Of a stretch of DNA of 64,000 nt, positions 29,701 through 36,154 are shown piece by piece. The stretch's first letter is position 1; every line of letters begins with the position of its first letter. Below the pieces are notes generated by a model that did not search any database, was not told where the DNA came from, and was given only the letters and a program-made list of their open reading frames with translations. This DNA comes from a virus: IMG/VR virus record IMGVR_UViG_3300045988_075126, positions 1-64,000 of that record; one strand, given 5' to 3'. Position numbers and translations under genes: made by a program.

Positions 29701-32256
29701 ACATCGTTCTCTGCGGCTCAAAGCTTGCCAGCAACCACAGGGGATAGTCCTTATACCTTGCTTGATGGTGCTACGAGAATTGGCATCGTGAAGCAAGCAG
29801 ACCAACTTGTAACGGCTCGCTCGCTATGGGGTCAGTCCTTCAACGGAACAGCAAACGTGAGCGGCAACATGACAGGTGTGGGCAACATCAATACTTCCGC
29901 AGCACCAGCAGGAACTATCTACACAAACAACTGGTTCAGAAGCAAGGGAAGCACTGGTTGGTATAGTGAAGACCACGGCGGTGGTTGGTACATGACCGAC
30001 AACACTTGGATTCGCAGCTTTGGTAGCAAGGATGTATACCTCTCCAACAAACTTAGCGTGAATGGTAACGTCGGCATCGGAACGGCCTCACCATCTTACA
30101 AGCTGCATGTTGTTGGCGACATCTACACAACAACCAAGGTGAACATCAACGGCATCGTCTTGGAGAAGGATTCGGACGGTAACTTGAAGGTCAACGGAAA
30201 CCTCTATGCCACAGGTGGAATAAGCGCATACGGAACTAGCTCTGCTGGAAGTGGCGGTGGATTGAGCGGTAGCGTTCTCGCATGGGACTCCGCTATCAAG
30301 ATGCCTAACGCTACGAATGGAAGTTCCGACACTACCAAGACGGAATCATCTTTCTTGGCCAGTGCTTGGTCTATAAAGCAGCTTTACAACAAGGTTACTA
30401 GCTTGGAGGGTGGCTCGGCAATGAACGTAAGCGTTAGTGGAAGCGGCAACGCCGTGACCTCTATCAGCAAGAGCGGCACTACTATCAGCGTAGTTAAGGG
30501 TAGTACGTTCCTCACGGCTCACCAAAGCCTTGCCGGTTACATGAAGACTGCGACTGCGGATGCAAAGTATATGTATCATAGCCGCAATAACATCGTGTCC
30601 GACTTGAATAACTTCGCAACAAATGGTGCTGCTCATATCTATGAAATGAACGGCGTAACTAACAAGCCGAATGATAACTCTTGGATACAGGTAATGAACT
30701 GGGGAACGGGAGATGCAAGCTATGGTTTCTTGCTTGCCAATGAATACACTGCTAATGGTCACATGTACTTCCGTCAGAAAATTGCGGGTTCGTGGAAAGA
30801 TTGGAAGACCATCATCGACTCATCAAACATCGGGTCACAGTCGGTAAATTACGCTGCATCGGCGGGTTCTGTTGCTTGGACGAACGTAAGCGGAAGACCT
30901 AGCACGATGAAAAATCCAAGTGCTCTTTCTTGGAGCGGATATTCAAGCGGAAGCTATGATGGTAGTGCAGCAAAAAGCATAAGCATTCCGAACAACACGA
31001 ACCAATTGACGAATGGAGCAGGGTTCATTACATCTTCTGCTTCAATTACTGGTAATGCTGGAAGTGCCACGAAACTCCAAACCACAAGAACGCTTTGGGG
31101 ACAAAGTTTTAATGGAACGGCTAACATAAGTGGAAGCATGACAGGTGTCGGCGACATGACCTTGGACGCAGGGGCAAGGATAAAGCACGGTTCGGGCAAC
31201 CTTTACATCGGAAACTCGGACAACTCCAACTGGATAGGTGTTCAAGACATCTGTAGCCAGTCCTCCATCGGAGATGGCAACTGGAGCTTGCGAACGAGCG
31301 GAGCTGCGCATTTCAAGGACACGACAATCAACGGAACGGCGACTATTAAGAATTTACTTAGCCTTGTTGACGGCTCGCACAAAGGCTTGAAGATGGGAAG
31401 CACGTATATCTCATCCCTCGATGGTGAAGTTATCTTGCAAGGCAACACAGCCCTCCGATTCGGAAATGATGCATGGGACCACAACCAGTGGGCGGGTCTT
31501 AAGTACGACCATAGCAGCAAGACCGTTTACCTCGGCATTGCCGATGGAAGCATATTCAAGGCGAACAGTGCCCAAAGTGGGGGTGTCATCAACCTTAAGC
31601 AAGGAATAAGCTCCGTCTATACTCCAGCATTGTACGCTGGCGGCGACATTTATCACACAGGTGCATATAGAATGCTATGGAAGAATAGCAAAGCATCAAA
31701 GTATCTGAATGTGATGAACATATCGCAGGATGATAATGGCATTCTCACCATAGGCTACGGAAACTTCTCCAACAACAAGAATGTGGTACTTGAAGGCTAT
31801 AACCTTAACTTTCGAGTTGGCAACGATAGCGGAATGAAGTCCATGTGGCTTAATTACAACAATGGCAATCCTGTGCTGAGTTTGGATGGTAATTTCTATG
31901 CCACTGGCGGTGTTACGGCTTACAAGAGTTCCGATGAACGCTTGAAGCATGACATACACGGCGTTGACAGCTTGGCTATCATCAAGGCGATGGGTGGCAC
32001 GGTTGCATTCCGATACAATGCCGACAACAAGGATAGCATCGGTTGGATTGCCCAAAGGGTTCTTCACAACACCTTCATGCAAGACCTTGTGGAGAAAGAC
32101 GACAAGGGCTTCCTCAAAATCAACTATTGGTCTCCAAAGCTGATTGCCGTTGCCTTTGGTGCTATCGAGCAAGTTGACGATGAGGTGAGCCGCTTGAAGC
32201 GAAGAGTGAGAGACTTGGAAAACGAAGTTGAACAATTAAAAAGTGATAGATTATGA
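17713..32256 (+). CDS. Giant (4,847 aa) tail-associated (Tal-like N-terminus) / tail-fibre protein with a C-terminal S74 intramolecular-chaperone domain
   Basis: Single uninterrupted ORF; the N-terminal ~250 aa resemble the prophage-tail endopeptidase/Tal region; many fibre-type repeats; C-terminus 'YKSSDERLKHDI...' is the S74 autoproteolysis motif. Confidence 0.9.
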   Translation: MKTFKEIDIKYYDNSGNVQVRCTVPVTQEASVHYELMQSHYCKLSFNLSRPTYFLRGDFIETPYGRFELIDLTKAKDNDTIGYSYEIQFDAYYRKLKNKILKYRPNTGSQESTFSLTSKISTHIEVIMKNLAYYAKLDKSYLYDPNFEGEGTDYTYVIDASVDANAAKLITYSNTSILDAIANIAQTFGCEWWFEGNILHFGTCENTNAITDFRLNDNIVSMSSSQSQSTYANRVYAFGAARNLPSGYKNDADADITKDGVVEKRLMLPNSAECSDKNKQLLAENGFELKNGYIQVSGLREDQYVEGVTTNDDIYPRNLIKTSKVTSYEKDVEDESTPEEGDYIKRTFYRVNSLAIVNEDGEKTGDMAFRKAYILSGKNLHIVFQSGSLNGMDFECEFNPDGVSEILKDDDGNPILKDGKEQINPKSQVFEIVANEDYGRFLPDITLHPKDGDTFVLYNWDSTKLGDTLVSSASNELLTDAIKDLKKSMIDPTTYTCTAEANYSYNQGRGNLHGVGDRVNLYNKGYGDSYRASRIIGYEFCLDIPYDGAKYYVGEKPSYSRLNAMESKIEELVYNGQSYLNGNGGSGRSIYIIKSYDSITPTDYNVFSAKAVDEQRLNKTKDDTAKGTITWEKVQKLLSGLLVGNFNNENGGSWTPDTEGRSHLITDYLEVRMKAIFEELVIKKTSTIGGKEIISPAGGVVAHKVEEVTVTYNNVSQKAYRCYFLAEQEGDAVDNDFSVNDQVRSESFNVRKGTYHKVGNHFYWRLVIGRDEEPVELEGKKYHYIDLSDTDCATASDVPAKGDVLSQCGNRTDVERQNCLIFSAVDTYSPFVSLYHGINSYSFANKEYVEYGVNKQTNKAFFNVYGDMYVGDRPTKENGYEGSSYIKYDSAAKQVSIKGKLSAKSTVDGKELSQYIKENSAGGLTEEQVNNLIKNSQVIADLQNQVDGAIETWFYDGVPTLKNAPASSWTTDKEKDTHLGDLYYDNKTGKAYRFAKDGNTYKWTIITDTDIAKALSDASKAQETADGKMKVFSTQPIPPYQLGDIWVNATYPTDGSIYKNEILRCQTAKAKGSSFAIADWTKASKYTDDSALNIFKEEYKNDMASYKEQLDEKVETWFYNYAPTTQNKPASDWTTDTLKSQHAGDLFYNTSNGYTYRWTGTAWARIKDNDINTAMTAASKAQDTADGKRTVFTSQPTVPYDEGDLWASGGDDGKTLMVCVKSRATGSFTSSEWVKANDSDLNAFAKTIEESLTGIRDQLDKKAETWYQPSDPSTSWTTDDAKKEHKGDLWYNTNNNQTFFWNGTKWDKQDVPTEVFDKIDGKSSIYVSKPASYEERDLWILEAAYTLGGVAYSKGELVVATKSNASFSAADWTKKVKYTDDTVANAAKKAAEEAKKAADTAQTNVTNLGKTVTSNKKAFDNYVTDGYLEPSEIAAMAQDSKRLEDAFAAAEKSYTEVKEAAVLKDTKELTDLNTAFATLTTAKTELVTYLSDISARYNAANTEKKATIVSAVGTKFTNFQSAYSAFYDKLGLANAYITSKIYGDLKQNITDLAGYKYIKDALGQTTDIDGGLVMTTLLALRDADGNVQSGINGAIDTNRGKKSIATWWGGQMVDKDYNSGSLTPATSLVRFDGSGYLANGAIWWDVDGKVHADPTSFIISEKNLGAYLAFFEPTWKSGSNGTNIKDLVALTPQAPFTTLSVSNDLLVEGKLKLGSITLSVVNGALKIDGNVYSTGGMSAYGDGTNNGGGGGLVASVKSYTDIIKGTYTDNDLASIPNAYAIKALSNRIDNISSELGGLSLDWANITGKPSTFTPSAHTHKWVDITDRITKVSQLTNDSGYTTNKGTVTSVKLTLPTGLSLGTTKEITTSGTFAISLTSGYSIPTTSKQGQWDSAYNWYKLMTTDEETADGVINKWNEVVNFLTGIAQTDTLDGILSGINNSITEEANRAKKAEGANATNIATNKANITTLQGYFTNGSAKSAIKLTNARKLWGNSFDGTADISGSIVVPSGKYITIGNIKLEYDATNKALKITNTSTNEVANLYTSGGVSAYGVGTTSSGSTGGGGLNGTVKSYNDAKSLTSESLSEVASAYSVAALYSSINDAIGRINTLEGGSATSIEVTGSGNAVTGVSKSGTKLTFTKGATFLTSHQDISGKSDKTHTHSVKINGVTKTIAATGGTAVDLGTYLTSHQSLAAYLKSADAEKTYSKLGHTHAFSEITGKPTTLAGYGVTDGVNTVTLSGSGNAVTSASIDGHTLTLTKGSTFSLSGHTHTFASLTSKPTTIAGYGITDAYTKAQVDSTIAKYLPLAGGTITGALTVNGIATFKSKVAIGDIYIINDGSGNLYVQKTDGKTAANFYATGGITAFGASSVSGGTGSGLNGSVLGFEKATAMTSADNGDSSKTEVSFLATAWSIKQLNDKINAFGTGVFSDYLTIAAAKATYQPKGSYLTSHQTIYGLTIQKNGTSLGTYTPNSAAKTINVTVPTKLSELSNDSGYTKNTGTVTSVAVSVPTGLSVSGSPITTNGTIAIALASGYSIPTTAKQTAWDGAVSAKHTHSNKSVLDGISSTKVSHWNSAYDWYALMTTDEETADGIINKWNEVVSFLANIAQTDTLSGIVDGINKSISDEVARAKKAEGVNASGISANKGSIATLQGYFTNGSAKKALQLTNARKLWGNSFNGTADINGSIIVPSGKYISIGNIKLEYDAANKALKITNTTTNEVANLYTSGGVSAYGVGTSSSSGGGLNGSVKSYSDALKLTSESLSEVASAYSIKALDSRISSLEGGSATAISVSGSGNAVTSVTKNGTTISIVKGSTFLTNHQSLDGYVNAISVSGSGNAITSVSKSGKGITFTKGATFLTSHQSLANYYTKSSVDSLLSGKSATSHTHSVKINGITKTIAASGGDAVDLGTYLTAHQSLAAYATQNWVKNEATAHNADMVDNYHASGLFTGFSISDVANKVTISIGGTSKALNLVRAFPSGVGNNFNDIATHGNSMGMSNIAAPYASSTANYQTLNGYVNPNGQTGWHHYINLSYTDSNNTATSPNMWQTQFAIKAGTTEVYVRSRAGGKISNDAAWAAPWVRLARVTDNVASASKVANALSWSGYSSGSYNGSAVKSISIPNNTNQLTNGAGFITSSASITGNAGSATKLQNARTINGTSFNGTANIVTSYWGTARKLWGNSVNGNADVNGSITIANTDGVYVQIGDVRLVYDKANTAIKVVKSDGTTAANFYATGGISAYGEGSAGTTGSNNFSAKAYADSIKLTSENLSEIASAYSIAVLNNSLNAAIGRISTLEGGSATSIETTGSGNAVTSVSKSGTKITFTKGSTFSLNGHTHDFITVGANQTITATQYTKSRLSVRPYYNSGGPTTYGNILEVVSGNSGGGQLGMEWSGSQTKTDGTDTNVGKLYYRSKRDNMAGWTVWKRLAFAEELAWGNISGKPTSLSGYGITDGVNAVSVTGSGNAVTAASVSGHTLTLTKGSSFSLSNHTHYIGTTQVQGSSAEQALTGITKIDNILKLSKASVTVNTSYKAEQNRLVIYGSTYGNDANYIKSAGKLSYGDGGPQLVFSTGENPDASGVQSAALVYTDHGKIGAGVSLSFVTNQGDAYFIAPHIKALTAFQGNLAWSYITNKPTTLSGFGITDGLRSVTKPSGSNVFVTGISTSGTAITYTKSYTKKSLSVVGTSGWTNASTDGNIIPDMSFIAHWNGAYSGTSSNLAYCNKGAFGSFAIKNSLAFSELTSKPTTISGYGITDAYTKSQVDAIAAKYLPLTGGTLTGQLKIVASALKGAYNGLLIGDDCYIGDCNFGNTIGLMGVGNNNAGMVKFGKGGMQFGYNGSNHIASTTAQWINLNADLLDGWHKDNIVWSGAVNSNTANLSHYWAKLFDITVTGNQYDDRSFTFLFSNGYNDTYSVVVLRIRQNGANGSGAYNFGISLRELVGNMSSRLRVYYNNATGNVQLWGNCQNKYGSLSYTIIKKTGRTSADFTSQGTLVTNTSFSAAQSLPATTGDSPYTLLDGATRIGIVKQADQLVTARSLWGQSFNGTANVSGNMTGVGNINTSAAPAGTIYTNNWFRSKGSTGWYSEDHGGGWYMTDNTWIRSFGSKDVYLSNKLSVNGNVGIGTASPSYKLHVVGDIYTTTKVNINGIVLEKDSDGNLKVNGNLYATGGISAYGTSSAGSGGGLSGSVLAWDSAIKMPNATNGSSDTTKTESSFLASAWSIKQLYNKVTSLEGGSAMNVSVSGSGNAVTSISKSGTTISVVKGSTFLTAHQSLAGYMKTATADAKYMYHSRNNIVSDLNNFATNGAAHIYEMNGVTNKPNDNSWIQVMNWGTGDASYGFLLANEYTANGHMYFRQKIAGSWKDWKTIIDSSNIGSQSVNYAASAGSVAWTNVSGRPSTMKNPSALSWSGYSSGSYDGSAAKSISIPNNTNQLTNGAGFITSSASITGNAGSATKLQTTRTLWGQSFNGTANISGSMTGVGDMTLDAGARIKHGSGNLYIGNSDNSNWIGVQDICSQSSIGDGNWSLRTSGAAHFKDTTINGTATIKNLLSLVDGSHKGLKMGSTYISSLDGEVILQGNTALRFGNDAWDHNQWAGLKYDHSSKTVYLGIADGSIFKANSAQSGGVINLKQGISSVYTPALYAGGDIYHTGAYRMLWKNSKASKYLNVMNISQDDNGILTIGYGNFSNNKNVVLEGYNLNFRVGNDSGMKSMWLNYNNGNPVLSLDGNFYATGGVTAYKSSDERLKHDIHGVDSLAIIKAMGGTVAFRYNADNKDSIGWIAQRVLHNTFMQDLVEKDDKGFLKINYWSPKLIAVAFGAIEQVDDEVSRLKRRVRDLENEVEQLKSDRL
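20557..21800 (+). repeat. Three tandem ~150-165-aa Trp-rich repeats inside the fibre gene
   Basis: 'ETWFY..P...WTTD....H.GDL(Y/F/W)YN...G..Y.W.G..W' seen three times. Confidence 0.75.
23206..24166 (+). repeat. Fibre module copy A1 (~320 aa)
   Basis: 'NDSGYT.N.GTVTSV...WYKLMTTDEETADGVINKWNEV...LYTSGGVSAYGVG...FLTSHQ' is highly similar to 25174-26183. Confidence 0.85.
25174..26183 (+). repeat. Fibre module copy A2 (~335 aa)
   Basis: Diverged duplicate of 23206-24166 lying ~2.0 kb downstream. Confidence 0.85.
27103..27158 (+). repeat. 56-bp exact DNA repeat, copy 1
   Basis: AATGGAGCAGGGTTCATTACATCTTCTGCTTCAATTACTGGTAATGCTGGAAGTGC, identical at 31012-31067. Confidence 0.9.
31012..31067 (+). 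repeat. 56-bp exact DNA repeat, copy 2
   Basis: Identical to 27103-27158; flanking protein sequence 'ALSWSGYSSGSY.GSA.KSISIPNNTNQLTNGAGFITSSASITGNAGSATKLQ' is also duplicated. Confidence 0.9.
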
Positions 32257-33335
32257 GTTTGAACAATGGAATCATCAGTGCTCCAGTAAGCATAGATGAT
32301 GTAAAAAGTGTACTTGGAGAGGGTAGCAATGACCTTGCCACATTGTGTAAGTCCACCAACATAAACATGTGGAGTAGGCATAAGCCTGTCATTCATCCGT
32401 CTTTGTTTGACGAGAATGCAATAGTAGGTACTGATGGGAATTTTGGCTTTAACATACCAAAGTTTACGTCAGTTAAGGCTTTGTATGAGAATTACATGAA
32501 GTACGCAAATGAAGATGGGCTTTATCCTGGCGATGAGGGTTGGAACATTCCTACAAATGGTGTAACTTACGTTCATCCAACAGGTGGCAGTAGCTCACCT
32601 TATAGGCTTGGTGACTTTAAGAGTTACGATAAAAATGCTACTTGCTTGATGCACGACTTTGACATAAATACCTACACGGATGAGGAATTATCGTTTATCA
32701 TTAGTATTGACAAAGATTCAGGTGGAACTCAAATTCCATTTAGGGATATTGCTACTTATAAGAATTGCTACTTTGGTGTGGCTTTTCTTAGAGACGACAG
32801 CTTGGCTATCCATAGCATCCTTACATCCAACAACAAGAATGATAATTTTCTAAAGACAACATTTGTGTATCAGAATCTTGTCAATTTGTTGTATATCGCA
32901 GTTCCATTTATGTCTCCGATACCCCATTTGAAGAATGCTCCAAATTTGGAAACGTCAGACAGCATCGAATGTTATCCTATCGTTGGGGTTTCTCCTATTC
33001 TGTTCTATGGCAAGAACGATACTGGTGACTATAGCAAGTATATGTACTTCGTATATCCAGACCGAGACAGCAATGGTAACGAGTGTATAAGAATATATAA
33101 TAAAAGTACAGTTCTGAATGTCGGTTATGTTTTGTACTTGTTGTATGCTGATTCAAGTTATTATAACGGATATACATTAAAAGATGGAGAATATAGAGTT
33201 GATGCAGGATATATAAGCGCAAAAAGCAATGTGGTGACGTACCTTAACAATGATTGGCTGATAAAGGGGAAATCTTATAAGCTGGTTCTCTATAGTACAA
33301 ATAACAACAAGATAGCACAAGAAATGGAGTTGTAA
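32253..33335 (+). CDS. Hypothetical protein (360 aa), tail-fibre-associated by position
   Basis: ATGA overlap with the fibre gene stop. Confidence 0.7.
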   Translation: MSLNNGIISAPVSIDDVKSVLGEGSNDLATLCKSTNINMWSRHKPVIHPSLFDENAIVGTDGNFGFNIPKFTSVKALYENYMKYANEDGLYPGDEGWNIPTNGVTYVHPTGGSSSPYRLGDFKSYDKNATCLMHDFDINTYTDEELSFIISIDKDSGGTQIPFRDIATYKNCYFGVAFLRDDSLAIHSILTSNNKNDNFLKTTFVYQNLVNLLYIAVPFMSPIPHLKNAPNLETSDSIECYPIVGVSPILFYGKNDTGDYSKYMYFVYPDRDSNGNECIRIYNKSTVLNVGYVLYLLYADSSYYNGYTLKDGEYRVDAGYISAKSNVVTYLNNDWLIKGKSYKLVLYSTNNNKIAQEMEL

Positions 33336-33409
33336 CATCAATAATGTTAAAAATATAAAAACAACGGAAAATAACAATATAAAATTCTTTAATTATGGAA
33401 TATTTTTCT

Positions 33410-33417
33410 TATCTTTG
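33410..33417 (+). promoter_or_regulatory. -7 box TATCTTTG
   Basis: TAnnTTTG upstream of 33499. Confidence 0.5.
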
Positions 33418-33498
33418 CGCTGTTAAATAGATTATTATTCTGCTTTTATTTGCAAATAGAAGAATAAAATAGTTTAAACGTTTAAATTTTAAGGAATA

Positions 33499-33822
33499 AT
33501 GAAAGTAACATTTGGAAAGATGACAGAGTTCAAGCGAGAGGTTGACATCGTGAACGATTCGACCAAGATGAAGGGCAATGTTGCCGTCAGTGACGGAAGC
33601 ATTGTAAGTGTTGACAACGGTGTTGTGTTGGACGGCGACGGCAACCAGATTGCCACGTTCAGCCAGTATTCCACGGACAACTTGAACGTGAACTACAACA
33701 CCTCAGACTTGCAGAAGATGATTGATGCCGTGACAAGCATCAACGAATTTGCTTCCTACATCAAGGAGCACGTCGATGAGTTGTCGGATGGCATCGTTTC
33801 CTCTGACACCACAGAGGAATAA
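33499..33822 (+). CDS. Hypothetical protein (107 aa) with strong C-ending codon bias
   Basis: ORF with GAC/AAG/ATC/TTC-type codon usage unlike its neighbours. Confidence 0.7.
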   Translation: MKVTFGKMTEFKREVDIVNDSTKMKGNVAVSDGSIVSVDNGVVLDGDGNQIATFSQYSTDNLNVNYNTSDLQKMIDAVTSINEFASYIKEHVDELSDGIVSSDTTEE

Positions 33823-33932
33823 CAATTAGCTTGGTTGGTGGGTACGAGGGCGGCAGTCGGTAGTGCCCACTTTCCAACTGAGCGAACTAACATACATTAT
33901 TTATTAATTAATTATAATAAACCAAGTTAATT

Positions 33933-34397
33933 ATGAAGAAGATTAAGACAATCGAGGCGGTCTACGCCTACAAGACATTGAAGGGCTTCAAGACAAGCTC
34001 TTTGAGTGAGGAAACCATGTTGGCGGTATGGAAGAACATGAAGGCTCTCCGTTCCATCGCCGACACCTTCGACAAGGACAAGGAGGAGGCTCAGGAGTCC
34101 TTGAAGGATGACAAGTTCGAGGAAATGCAAGGCAAGCTCAAAACCGCACAGGAGAACGAGCGCAAGATGAAGGAGGAGGGCTACACCTACACCAAGGAGG
34201 ACACAGACCTCTTGCAAGAGGTGAACGCCTACTTCGCTGGCTTCAGCAAGAAGACCATGGAATACTTCAACGAACTCGCCGACAAGGAGGTCGAGGTGGA
34301 AATCACCGAGGTCGAGGAAGCCGAGCTGCTTAAGGCTATCAAGGCTTGCGAGAAGAGCTTTGACGATATGGAGATGCTCGCTTGCATCTGCAAGTAA
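33933..34397 (+). CDS. Hypothetical acidic protein (154 aa) with strong C-ending codon bias
   Basis: As above; followed by a terminator. Confidence 0.7.
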   Translation: MKKIKTIEAVYAYKTLKGFKTSSLSEETMLAVWKNMKALRSIADTFDKDKEEAQESLKDDKFEEMQGKLKTAQENERKMKEEGYTYTKEDTDLLQEVNAYFAGFSKKTMEYFNELADKEVEVEITEVEEAELLKAIKACEKSFDDMEMLACICK

Positions 34398-34425
34398 TAT
34401 TTAACAGGATAAGGATGTTCTTTAT

Positions 34426-34462
34426 ATGGGCGGCTGATTGTTTCGGTCGCCCATCCTTTTTA
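34426..34462 (+). terminator. Rho-independent terminator
   Basis: ATGGGCG...CGCCCAT then CCTTTTTAC. Confidence 0.7.
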
Positions 34463-34579
34463 CTTACAATCTGTAATTTACCCCCCATTTTTGAATGGCA
34501 AATCTTACAGATTGGTATTTTTGCAAAGTTTAACTCTGAAAAGTTGTGCAAAATGAATGTTTTTTTGTGCAGAATTGTT

Positions 34580-34587
34580 TATTTTTG
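34580..34587 (+). promoter_or_regulatory. -7 box TATTTTTG
   Basis: TAnnTTTG. Confidence 0.4.
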
Positions 34588-34663
34588 CAGCACGTTCCTT
34601 ATTATTAAGAATGAGGAACTAAGAATAAATAATAAACACCAAAAACAAAAAGGAGAAGAATTT

Positions 34664-35215
34664 ATGACTAAAGAGGAAGAAGATGAAGTCCATCGGTTAG
34701 TTCAATCAGTCGGTGTTGTACAGTTGTCAAGAGTAATGTTTAAGGGTATGGACGTTAGCGAAATGATTAACGTAATTATCCTTGCAGGTAGAGGCTACAG
34801 CGTGAAGCTACTCACTTGGTTCAAGTATTATTGTGAAGTGATGCCTCTGTTTATCATGCTTTTTCATATTGCATGCATGGTAACATTTGCGTCTCATGAA
34901 AAAGAAATGTGCATATGGTTTAAGGAGAATTGGGTATCGGCAGCATTTATCTATTTTTCAGTTTACATCCATCCGCTTGTGCTTATAATTGCGAGCAGAT
35001 TCTTTTGGCTCTGCTACAGATGGCGTATTCCGATGATTATATACCTATTTGGGATAAATGCTATTCATATCGTATACTGGAATGTTTTTACCACCAACGA
35101 AATGGTGGAAGCTAATGTTGTAATACTTGTAATGACTATTATATTTTATGTATATGGTTTTGCCGATAAGTATTTCTCAGGCAAGGGCTGTCAAAGTTTA
35201 ATCTCTAGATTATAA
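34664..35215 (+). CDS. Multi-pass membrane protein (183 aa)
   Basis: Several hydrophobic segments; the track ORF start at 34382 runs through the terminator and promoter, so the internal ATG is used. Confidence 0.6.
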   Translation: MTKEEEDEVHRLVQSVGVVQLSRVMFKGMDVSEMINVIILAGRGYSVKLLTWFKYYCEVMPLFIMLFHIACMVTFASHEKEMCIWFKENWVSAAFIYFSVYIHPLVLIIASRFFWLCYRWRIPMIIYLFGINAIHIVYWNVFTTNEMVEANVVILVMTIIFYVYGFADKYFSGKGCQSLISRL

Positions 35216-35219
35216 TGAT

Positions 35220-35564
35220 ATGGGAAAGTTATTTGGTTATCACACCTTGGGAGTGTTATTAAAATCGTTGTCTGACTCTTGCTTTCGAGCAGACGAGCAA
35301 GAGAAGAGAGGGGAGAAGGTAACTGCTTGCGGAATGAGTAGCGATGAGATAGAAGACCTTTGTGAGAACTATCTGCCGTATGCTCTCAACCCGATGCTGA
35401 GCACGGAGGAGGTCAAGGAGAAGCTGCATGTTTCTGATGCTACCCTTAACAGAATGGTGGCTAGGGGCGATTTGCCCAATGGCGAGTGTAAGAAGCGTGG
35501 GCACACCCGATATTGGAAGAAGTGGGATATTCTGCACTTCATTAAGAGTAAGAGAGGTAAGTGA
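35220..35564 (+). CDS. Excisionase/AlpA-type HTH protein (114 aa)
   Basis: 'LSTEEVKEKLHVSDATLNRMVARGDLP' HTH_17-like. Confidence 0.6.
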   Translation: MGKLFGYHTLGVLLKSLSDSCFRADEQEKRGEKVTACGMSSDEIEDLCENYLPYALNPMLSTEEVKEKLHVSDATLNRMVARGDLPNGECKKRGHTRYWKKWDILHFIKSKRGK

Positions 35565-35580
35565 TTGCCTCTCTTTTTTA
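35551..35580. terminator. Stem-loop AGAGAGG...CCTCTCT plus T-run between convergent genes
   Basis: Direct reading. Confidence 0.55.
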
Positions 35581-35586
35581 TTGTTT

Positions 35587-36096
35587 TCATATTTTCAAGA
35601 AGTCTTCTACATCAATGTACTCAATTCCGAAATTCTCCGCACATTGTTTGTCGGAGTCTGAGAAGTCACCTTCTTTTCCACTAGCATCACCTATCATCAG
35701 CAGCTCACTCTTTTTCCAAGAAGAATACGACTCAAGCATTCCTGTATTTGGCTTTCTCATGCAAATCTCTGCATTTGATGGGCAATACATGGAGTTGACA
35801 AAGATGTTGCGTCCAGTATGATGGCGAAGATATTTTTGCATAAAGCTTTCAATAGCCTTAATCTTTCCGATAAATTCCTGTTCATCAACGAATTGAGGTA
35901 TGCCACCTTGGTTTGAGACTATTTCCACATAGTAAAGAGTAGGGAATGCTTCTACTATCTTATCCAAAACCTCTTTGCGGATTTTGAAATCTGTTACATC
36001 TGTAGGAAAGGTGTTTCCTGAAATAGTCTTGATTATAGTATCGTCTAAATCAATAAATAGTACTTTTTTCTTGATTGAATATCCTTTTTCTATCAT
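35587..36096 (-). CDS. HAD-superfamily polynucleotide 3'-phosphatase-like protein (PNK3P-type)
   Basis: 'VLFIDLDDTII' (DxDxT), 'SNQGGI', 'RKPNTGML', 'IGDASGKEGDFSDSDKQCAENFGIEYIDVEDF'. Confidence 0.8.
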   Translation of the reverse strand: MIEKGYSIKKKVLFIDLDDTIIKTISGNTFPTDVTDFKIRKEVLDKIVEAFPTLYYVEIVSNQGGIPQFVDEQEFIGKIKAIESFMQKYLRHHTGRNIFVNSMYCPSNAEICMRKPNTGMLESYSSWKKSELLMIGDASGKEGDFSDSDKQCAENFGIEYIDVEDFLKI

Positions 36097-36154
36097 ATTT
36101 TTGCTTATCCTTTATATTAATGTCATTACCTAAAAAAATGAAGTTTATAAAACA

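Noticed and set aside
17713-32256. A diversity-generating retroelement targeting the fibre
   Set aside because: There is no reverse transcriptase in the window (44761..45528 is RNase H only). The duplicated modules differ at all four bases rather than at adenine-specific positions.
18121-32396. Dozens of 60-180-aa ORFs in other frames and on the minus strand within 17713..32256 (e.g. 22273..22665, 27643..28143, 31696..32235)
   Set aside because: All are embedded in the single 14.5-kb fibre ORF. They are concentrated in its G/C-rich, stop-poor part and have low-complexity translations with no promoters. They are treated as compositional artefacts.
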